From an uncultured virus (IMG/VR IMGVR_UViG_3300032050_000027) (lineage: Duplodnaviria; Heunggongvirae; Uroviricota; Caudoviricetes): a DNA stretch of 64,000 nucleotides. The DNA is taken from IMG/VR virus record IMGVR_UViG_3300032050_000027; one strand, written 5' to 3'. The notes beneath the pieces were generated by a model that worked only from the letters and a program-made list of their open reading frames with translations, was not told where the DNA came from and ran no database searches. Each line of letters opens with the position of its first letter. Positions within the stretch are counted from its first letter, which is position 1. Positions 57,324 through 64,000 of the stretch are shown here, piece after piece. Both the position numbers and the translations under genes were made by a program.

Positions 57324-58408
57324 CTTTTGCTTCCTCCTTGATCCCAAACTTTTGTAAATTTTTCACCGCATGTCATAGCACATTCAAACAATCGATCACG
57401 AGTAAACGATTCAACTAAATCACTCCACATGGGATTTTCAAAAACACCTTCGAGGCTATTGTTATGAATGTTGAGATTATCTAATCCGTAACACAACAAA
57501 AAGTCTCGTACTTGATTGCGACCACCGGGCTGACTTAATGCATTTGCTCCTGGCATTGATCCATCATAAAATCTTGCATCATACAAATTGTGATTGAAAA
57601 AGTTGCATGGTAATACAACACCTTCGGCGTTGATAGCTACTTTGCGTCCTTGCAAGGCATCACATTTGATAGTAGTAGTAGCAAAGTAGTTCTGTTGCTT
57701 TTTTAACTCAGGTAAAAATGTCATACTGCGATTCTTGTACTGTGCATCACTAGGTGGTTCAAGTACATAGTCACTTTTGGCCACTGGCCACACAGGCATC
57801 TCTTCCAGGGTGGTGTGATTCAAAAATCTACCAGTGTTTCGAATTAGTATGTTAAAAAATTTCATACTGCTGGCCAGTTGTTTGGCCTGCTCAACTTGGT
57901 GCTCGTTGTGTTTGAATACAATATAGTTCCATTGTGCTCGTCCTCCAGCATTTATAAACGCAGCGGCGTTTTCAATAACTTTGTTGTATTTTACATTTTT
58001 TCTATACAAATGTAAAGTATCTTCTAGTCCGTCAATACCAAAGTCAATTTGTCCGTAGCCGTTCATGATACTAGAAACTTCTGCCCAGTAATCAGGATCG
58101 TGTACTCCGCCATTGGTATGGAAGTATAACCAAAGTGTAGGAGCTTTCTTTCTAAAGTCACGTAGTATGTCTAAAAAGTCTGGATGCATGATGGGATCGC
58201 CATAACTGCCGCAAAAGAATACTTGACGTAATCTACTGCACAATTCTTCAGAGAATGCACGGTCAATTACTTCACGTGATAAGTGTGTTAACGGCATGTA
58301 AGGATTGATACCATGTCCGTTGAGGTTGCGAGGACACTGGGGACAGGCAGCATTACAATAGCTGGTGATCTCTATCTGATACTCGTCAATAGTTTTATAA
58401 TCAAACAT
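57320..58408 (-). CDS. Radical SAM protein with SPASM/twitch domain
   Basis: CNAACPQC, GSYGDP, TNGG, IDG, C..INAEGVVLPC..CAMTC. Confidence 0.9.
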   Translation of the reverse strand: MFDYKTIDEYQIEITSYCNAACPQCPRNLNGHGINPYMPLTHLSREVIDRAFSEELCSRLRQVFFCGSYGDPIMHPDFLDILRDFRKKAPTLWLYFHTNGGVHDPDYWAEVSSIMNGYGQIDFGIDGLEDTLHLYRKNVKYNKVIENAAAFINAGGRAQWNYIVFKHNEHQVEQAKQLASSMKFFNILIRNTGRFLNHTTLEEMPVWPVAKSDYVLEPPSDAQYKNRSMTFLPELKKQQNYFATTTIKCDALQGRKVAINAEGVVLPCNFFNHNLYDARFYDGSMPGANALSQPGGRNQVRDFLLCYGLDNLNIHNNSLEGVFENPMWSDLVESFTRDRLFECAMTCGEKFTKVWDQGGSKR

Positions 58409-58895
58409 TTATTTTAAAAAAGTCCAAAGTGTCTTTGAGTATGTCATTGCCACTGCGATCCAGTGTTTGTTCTGGACTCACGCCTGCAGGATTGATTGTT
58501 TTAATAATCCAATTCAATACTGGCGCATCAAAATTCAAAATCCATGTACCGTTGTTGCCCAACCAATGACATGGCGTAATGCACTCCAAACTGTAATCTG
58601 GGTACCAACGTCCTTGATGCGTTAGCATGCAATGTTCATGATGATCTAAATCTACTCCGTCGACCACAATAGATTTTAATTCAATATGACGATCATGTTC
58701 GGCATTCTGATGTTTCCAGGCATGCTTACCAAAGTGTTCTATAGTCAATGTGTGAGTACCTGGCACTAACTCTGTGTTCACAACAATTTGTTTTTTCACT
58801 GTGTCTTGATACAAGCATTGTTGATCAATAAAAATTTTGACTGTAGGGATACCAAAATAATCATCGTAATCAAACTCAAACAAAAATTCAGACAT
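58401..58895 (-). CDS. Hypothetical protein of the radical SAM operon
   Basis: 164 aa, overlaps both neighbours; LGNNGTWILNFDAP. Confidence 0.6.
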   Translation of the reverse strand: MSEFLFEFDYDDYFGIPTVKIFIDQQCLYQDTVKKQIVVNTELVPGTHTLTIEHFGKHAWKHQNAEHDRHIELKSIVVDGVDLDHHEHCMLTHQGRWYPDYSLECITPCHWLGNNGTWILNFDAPVLNWIIKTINPAGVSPEQTLDRSGNDILKDTLDFFKINV

Positions 58896-60369
58896 TGGCC
58901 AACTCCGTAAGATATCGATCTTTGATAATACTCAAGTGATCATCACCTTTCCAGATAGTATATCCCAGATCTTCGGCCAACTTGTGCAGTTCAATGCGTC
59001 GACGCACACGTTCTGCATAGTCAAGTTCAGGTGTTGTGGTACAAATCCAATTGATGCCTTTGGCGGTGTCGCCCTTGATTGGAACAATGTTAAATTTTGC
59101 AGGATTATCAAACATAGGTGTTCCTTGTTCTACTGTCAATCCTGTGCCTAAGTTGCATCCAATAATAGTTCCTAGTGCAACATATTTCTGCCAGCGTCGT
59201 AGCAAGTTCTTGGTCTCTTCAAAGTCGGTTTGTGTTTCATTTGGAAACCCTACCAGCAACAACAAGAAGAATTTCATTTTGTACTTGCTGAACTGCTGTA
59301 TGTTAAACTCAAGATCTGCGTTTGAAAATCCCTTGTTCATGATGTTTCGCAAACGTTCGCTACCAGTCTCAACTCCAGTTTCAAACATTTCTCCTCCGGC
59401 ACGACTTAGCAGTTCAAAATTGTGCTCTTTGAATTGAGTTTCACTTCGCACAATCCAATAACCACTGAATGTAAAGAATCTGTCAGGTAAATTGTTTTGT
59501 TGATAAAACTCAATGATGCAGTTCAAAAATAGTTTAAAATCTTTGACGCTGCCGTTCATCAACGCATCGTTAAAATAAAAGTTACGCACACCATACTGTT
59601 GGTAATAGCCAATCATTTCATTAGCTAGTACCTTTCCGTTTTTGTATCTATATCCTCCAGCATGTGTGGGGATGTCACAAAACGCACAGCTTCTAACACA
59701 TCCACGACTGCTTTCAATTGGCAATACCCCGCCGGGGTAGGCAGTTACATATTGTTCTATTGCAAAGTCACTATAATCTGCGATGTTGTTAGTATCAAGA
59801 TCAACATCATTGACCAACACATCACTGTCTAATCCAGGTACATTGCTACCAGTTAAAAAATTGTAAAAACTGTTTTCAGCTTCTCCAGCAATCCAATGAT
59901 CAATTAGTCCTTGATTTTTTAACTTGTGTGCAAAATGCATCTTGGTACTAAAGCTACCGTTTTGTTCATTGATAAGACCTTGTCCGCCTACAATGATTGT
60001 GCCTGTAAAATTTTTACGCAACAATGGAAAAAAGTCAAGACAAAATCGTTGACTTTCCCAACTGAATACACTTACTGCAATGATCTTGCAATCAAAAGCC
60101 ATTAATTTTTCAACCCATGCTTGCAACCAACTAGAGTAAGTTGTTTTCTCCTCAGGCAACAGATTTTTGTTCCATTGTATCCAATATTGATCAATGGCAT
60201 TGGCAGTTGACGGATTAGAAGATTTAAAATTTTGATAAAAGTCCAAATTAATATCAAAAACTTTTGAAGTAACGCCCGCACGATTGCAAATTGATTTGAG
60301 TATGCCACAGGCACTTTGAGGCCGAGTGGCACTCAAACGTGGTATACTTAAAATCAAAACATCAGTCAT
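58888..60369 (-). CDS. B12-binding-domain radical SAM protein
   Basis: IIVGG..GEAE, SSRGCVRSCAFC, FNDALMNG, GVETGS, LVGFPNET. Confidence 0.88.
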   Translation of the reverse strand: MTDVLILSIPRLSATRPQSACGILKSICNRAGVTSKVFDINLDFYQNFKSSNPSTANAIDQYWIQWNKNLLPEEKTTYSSWLQAWVEKLMAFDCKIIAVSVFSWESQRFCLDFFPLLRKNFTGTIIVGGQGLINEQNGSFSTKMHFAHKLKNQGLIDHWIAGEAENSFYNFLTGSNVPGLDSDVLVNDVDLDTNNIADYSDFAIEQYVTAYPGGVLPIESSRGCVRSCAFCDIPTHAGGYRYKNGKVLANEMIGYYQQYGVRNFYFNDALMNGSVKDFKLFLNCIIEFYQQNNLPDRFFTFSGYWIVRSETQFKEHNFELLSRAGGEMFETGVETGSERLRNIMNKGFSNADLEFNIQQFSKYKMKFFLLLLVGFPNETQTDFEETKNLLRRWQKYVALGTIIGCNLGTGLTVEQGTPMFDNPAKFNIVPIKGDTAKGINWICTTTPELDYAERVRRRIELHKLAEDLGYTIWKGDDHLSIIKDRYLTELANV

Positions 60370-62447
60370 GCCACTTCTATATCTGTGTTGTAGCTGGTAA
60401 AGCCATTCTCTTTGATCACTTTGAGAATGTTTTCAACTCTGCTAGTAAGTTCATCTCTATGACTAACCAGCCAGATTGACTTGTGGCGTTCGCGACTCAT
60501 CTTCTTCAACAGGCCTAGTGCATTTTCCACACCTTGTGTGTCCAACCCGTTGTCAATCATCTCGTCAATAAACAACAAGTTGATGGGCGAGTACAAACTT
60601 TCCCAAACATCACGGAATGCCCAGCTCATGCTTAAGATCAATCGATTGCGTTCGCCACGACTCAAGTTGTCAAAATCCAGTTCACGACCCAGTTCTTCAA
60701 TGCTCACTGTCAAGTCGTTCATGAACTTCACTGTGTGTGGTAAGCCAATTCTATCCAAGTAGTGTGTGAGACGTTGATTCAAATAGCTCAAGTTCTGTTC
60801 AATAATCTTCTTACGCACAAACGAGTCTTTTGAGGTCAAAAGTTTGAGCAAGAAGTCCTGATGGTCTTGCACTCTAGTAAGTTCGTTTAAGTGATCGTAA
60901 CTCACAACCTGTAGGGCCTGTTGTTGCATTTCGGTAATTTGTTCTGTATACGGATCGGTCTCTAGTGCTTTGCCATTGATCTGTGTCAGCAGGGTGTTCA
61001 TGCGACTGCGATGATCGATTGCCTGTGTTTCGGTATCATAATGTGTGACAGGTTGTGTGCCAACTTCTACAGGTGTGTGTTCTGCTAACTGTTCAGCATA
61101 GGGATCTGTTTCTGCACGTTTGGCATCAATCTTGTGTTGAATGTTTTCCAACTCACTAGAATGTCGAATAGCTTCTGTTTCTGTTTGGTAGTGTGTTGTG
61201 GGTTTGGCACCCAACTCGCCCAATGCGGTTAACGCATCTGTATTTTCCATCCACTGAGTATTGATAGACAATGCTTGTAGTGCTGCCTCTTGCAAGGCCT
61301 TTTCTTTTGTTGCCAATACTGTTTCGTGATTGGTATCATGGAAGTCTTGCCCGCAAGCATAGCACTTGTGATTTTTTAATTCTTCAATTTCGGCTTTGAG
61401 TTTGTTGATGACCTTTTGTTCTTTGGCCTCGTCTGCTACACATCGAGCAATGTATTTTTCTAAGTCTGTAATGTCTTTGGCTTTTTGAATGTAAGCAGCC
61501 AAATCTGTGTGTGCTTGAAGTTCTGCCAAGATGTCGATATGACTGAGTTTGTTGTAGGTTGATTCTAGCTCACCAATGTCTTTGTGTTGTTTTTGTTTCC
61601 AAGCAGTTTGTCGACCAACAAGAGCAGTATATGCATCTTGTTGTTGTTTTCTTGCAGACCACACAGCTAGATCTTTGTGAGCCAGCAGTTCTAGTTCAAT
61701 ATCAATCTTTGCTAGATCGTCATACTGACCAACTAGATAAGCCACGTCACTGTCGTACTTCTTTTGCCAAAGCACTTGCCTACGCTTTAGACTCTCAATC
61801 TGTTCTTCGATGCGTTTGTTGGCTTCTTGCACAGCACGAATTCTAAACTCTTCAGACTGGATAGCATCTTTGGTTTGTCGGTTGAGTTCTTTGATGCGGT
61901 CCGCACGTTCACTCAACAAGGTAATACCTAACAACTGCTCAATGATTGTGCGCTGGTCATTGGCCTTCAAACTTAGAAACGGTTCTGTGTAGGTGTTCAG
62001 CGCCAGCACATGTTTGAACATGTCATGGCTCATGCCAATAATACGCTCTATGGCGTCTTGTGTCTCTCTTGAATCTCCCTGTGCCTCATCCTCTGCGGCC
62101 TTGTGTTCGTTGTTTACATAGAACTTGAGTACGTTGGGTTTGCGCCCACGTTCAATTTTGTAGTCTGTGCCGTTGATATGAAAGTCTAAGCTGACCAACA
62201 TGTGTTTGGCATTGGTTTTGTTTACTAGATTGTCTTTGCGGATGTTTGACAGTGCTTGGCCATATAATGCATAACTTAGTGCATTGATGATTGTGGTCTT
62301 ACCTGTGCCGTTTCTCGATCCATCGCCACCCAAGTCTAAGTTTTCACCCAGCACCAGTGTAAGATCATTGCGGTCAAAGTCAATGGCCTGTGTGGCTGCG
62401 CCTACACTCATGAAGTTTTTAACAGTGAGATTTCGTATTTGTATCAT
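60366..62447 (-). CDS. gp46: Recombination endonuclease ATPase subunit (Rad50/SbcC-like)
   Basis: KNFMSVG, NGTGKTT Walker A, CYAC hook, LSRGE signature, LFIDE Walker B, VSH. Confidence 0.95.
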   Translation of the reverse strand: MIQIRNLTVKNFMSVGAATQAIDFDRNDLTLVLGENLDLGGDGSRNGTGKTTIINALSYALYGQALSNIRKDNLVNKTNAKHMLVSLDFHINGTDYKIERGRKPNVLKFYVNNEHKAAEDEAQGDSRETQDAIERIIGMSHDMFKHVLALNTYTEPFLSLKANDQRTIIEQLLGITLLSERADRIKELNRQTKDAIQSEEFRIRAVQEANKRIEEQIESLKRRQVLWQKKYDSDVAYLVGQYDDLAKIDIELELLAHKDLAVWSARKQQQDAYTALVGRQTAWKQKQHKDIGELESTYNKLSHIDILAELQAHTDLAAYIQKAKDITDLEKYIARCVADEAKEQKVINKLKAEIEELKNHKCYACGQDFHDTNHETVLATKEKALQEAALQALSINTQWMENTDALTALGELGAKPTTHYQTETEAIRHSSELENIQHKIDAKRAETDPYAEQLAEHTPVEVGTQPVTHYDTETQAIDHRSRMNTLLTQINGKALETDPYTEQITEMQQQALQVVSYDHLNELTRVQDHQDFLLKLLTSKDSFVRKKIIEQNLSYLNQRLTHYLDRIGLPHTVKFMNDLTVSIEELGRELDFDNLSRGERNRLILSMSWAFRDVWESLYSPINLLFIDEMIDNGLDTQGVENALGLLKKMSRERHKSIWLVSHRDELTSRVENILKVIKENGFTSYNTDIEVA

Positions 62448-63460
62448 AAGTTTTGATAAATCTTTAACAGTAACTTGTTGTCGTAGAATTCTGATTCAAT
62501 GTTAGTGAGTTGGTCTGTGACAATTTGATCCACTGACTCAAATTTAATCTCGCCTGGCGCCATATCTGTGTCTACATCTGAGTTTTTGTTTGGAATAAGC
62601 GACATCTCACGTAGGTCGTAGTCTTTCACAAACGTTTCTTTGATGAAGTTGGCTTCTTCATATGAAATCTCAATGTCTAGTCCAACACGCACATGCATTT
62701 TGGGCTTAAGAAGAGCCGGAGCGTTGTCAATAAGGTTGGCGAGTCCGTATACTCTATACGTCGGTTGAGCAGGCCAAGCATGAAAAACAGGCGCTGCTCC
62801 CCACTCCAATATAGTAAGTCCTCGTTCGTCGTCACCAGCATCTGCATAATTATGAGGGAACGCATTACCGATGTAGGTAATATTCTTTTTAGTCTGTCGC
62901 TTGTGGAAGTGTCCGGTGAATACATGTTCAAAATTCTCAAAGTCTTCTCTGCGCACTTCGCCATGGTCTGGCATCTCTACCATGGCATTCATCAAGTAGC
63001 CGGGCAGTTCAAAGTGTCCAAACATGTACTTGCCAGTTAGTTTAGGAATACGTTTATGGTCATCGCCGCAAAGCCAAGGAGCAATAACGACGTCACCGCT
63101 ACTAAACCAATCGTTACATATTTCCACATTGGGGAGATGACGTGCCCACTCCACGCTCTGAATATCACGCTTGTCGCGATAATAAAGATCGTGATTCCCA
63201 GGTATAAAATACACACGGTCAAAATTAGCATTTAGGTGCTCTAATGATCGAAGGCTATAGTTTAGGGTAACAATATTTAGGCTGGCTCGATTGTTGTGCC
63301 AGTCACCCAGAAACATGGCAGTTTCGCACCCTTCCTCTTTGGCCTTAGCAGTGGCCCATTTTACAAAGGCCAAACAATCTTCATTGTGCAGAGTTGAATT
63401 GCTTTTGAGTCCAAAATGTATGTCAGTGAAGATTGCGGCTTTGCGGAATAGATTAGTCAT
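62444..63460 (-). CDS. gp47: Recombination endonuclease nuclease subunit (Mre11/SbcD-like)
   Basis: FTDIHFG, LGDW, GNHD, GHFE, TGHFH. Confidence 0.95.
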   Translation of the reverse strand: MTNLFRKAAIFTDIHFGLKSNSTLHNEDCLAFVKWATAKAKEEGCETAMFLGDWHNNRASLNIVTLNYSLRSLEHLNANFDRVYFIPGNHDLYYRDKRDIQSVEWARHLPNVEICNDWFSSGDVVIAPWLCGDDHKRIPKLTGKYMFGHFELPGYLMNAMVEMPDHGEVRREDFENFEHVFTGHFHKRQTKKNITYIGNAFPHNYADAGDDERGLTILEWGAAPVFHAWPAQPTYRVYGLANLIDNAPALLKPKMHVRVGLDIEISYEEANFIKETFVKDYDLREMSLIPNKNSDVDTDMAPGEIKFESVDQIVTDQLTNIESEFYDNKLLLKIYQNL

Positions 63461-63466
63461 CCTGCT

Positions 63467-63495
63467 AGTATACTACTGATCCAGACTAGATACAA
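63467..63495 (-). promoter_or_regulatory. Sigma70-type promoter for the gp47-gp46 operon
   Basis: TTGTAT-17 nt-TATACT; ATG 6 nt downstream. Confidence 0.55.
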
Positions 63496-64000
63496 CCGGT
63501 CCGGACATGGCAGCCATGCCAGCTTTGCCGGAGTTCTGTCTAGTCCACGATGGGTTCAAGCCGTTCATCTCCAGGATGTCATCTCTGATATTTTGATTTT
63601 TCTTTTCAATGTTAAGAATCCGTGTAAAGCTATTAGTGATAGCAGCGGTATAGTAAGCAAAGGGGTTTTGCGATTTAGATTCGTCAAATTGTAAACCAAT
63701 TTGACTAAGTTGAAGTAGAGCTTGTCCACGCATTTCCTCGTTGTAGGTGTAGCCACGCCAGTTGGAACGAGTGGCATAGCGTTCACACAGTTTCATAAAC
63801 ATCATGGCCAGCTTCTTGGTCATGTTGCCGTGATCCTTTGAAAACTCTCCTGTGGCCAAATCGCCACGCCAATGACTCTTGCCCACCAAAAACGGTACCT
63901 TTTGCTCGTCAAGTCTGTAGTGAAAAAACGGGGGAAAATTCACACGCACATGTGTGGGGTCTAGCACAGGTTCATCTATTAAATCTGCCAGCGGATCTTC
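63473..64000 (-). CDS. gp55: Late-transcription sigma factor (partial; start lies outside the window)
   Basis: RSNWRGYTYNEEM..FDESKSQNPFAYYT..F.R..EKK; frame open to 64000. Confidence 0.88.
   Translation of the reverse strand, partial: EDPLADLIDEPVLDPTHVRVNFPPFFHYRLDEQKVPFLVGKSHWRGDLATGEFSKDHGNMTKKLAMMFMKLCERYATRSNWRGYTYNEEMRGQALLQLSQIGLQFDESKSQNPFAYYTAAITNSFTRILNIEKKNQNIRDDILEMNGLNPSWTRQNSGKAGMAAMSGPVVSSLDQ

Noticed and set aside
1..64000. tRNA/tmRNA genes and stop-codon reassignment
   Set aside because: No cloverleaf seen in the few intergenic gaps by eye, and core genes are intact under the standard code; tRNAscan-SE/ARAGORN were not run

Overview
This 64-kb window is part of a large T4-like myophage genome. 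It holds most of the morphogenesis region: portal gp20, prohead core/scaffold proteins, protease gp21, major capsid gp23, neck gp13/gp14, gp15, an enlarged sheath gp18, tube gp19, a tape measure-like protein, gp26/gp51-like genes and about 19 kb of Gly/Asn/Thr-rich fibre genes. It also carries gp55, gp47, gp46, a dNMP kinase, a DexA-like nuclease and accessory enzymes (three radical SAM proteins, an SDR, an SGNH hydrolase, glycosyltransferase-like proteins, APRT, MTA/SAH nucleosidase and an aminoacyl-transferase-like protein). The most notable signals are: (1) a complete -1 ribosomal frameshift signal joining the gp26-like ORF to an unannotated gp51-like frame; (2) an ORF-free, hairpin-dense ~390-nt candidate ncRNA beside a cluster of GNA mini-hairpins; (3) a three-way-junction RNA in a late 5' UTR; (4) late promoters at the apex of RBS-occluding hairpins, plus widespread near-leaderless promoters; (5) a possible virion glycosylation system; (6) T4-like capsid-targeting sequences on putative internal proteins. 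All product calls come from motif recognition by eye; no database searches were run.
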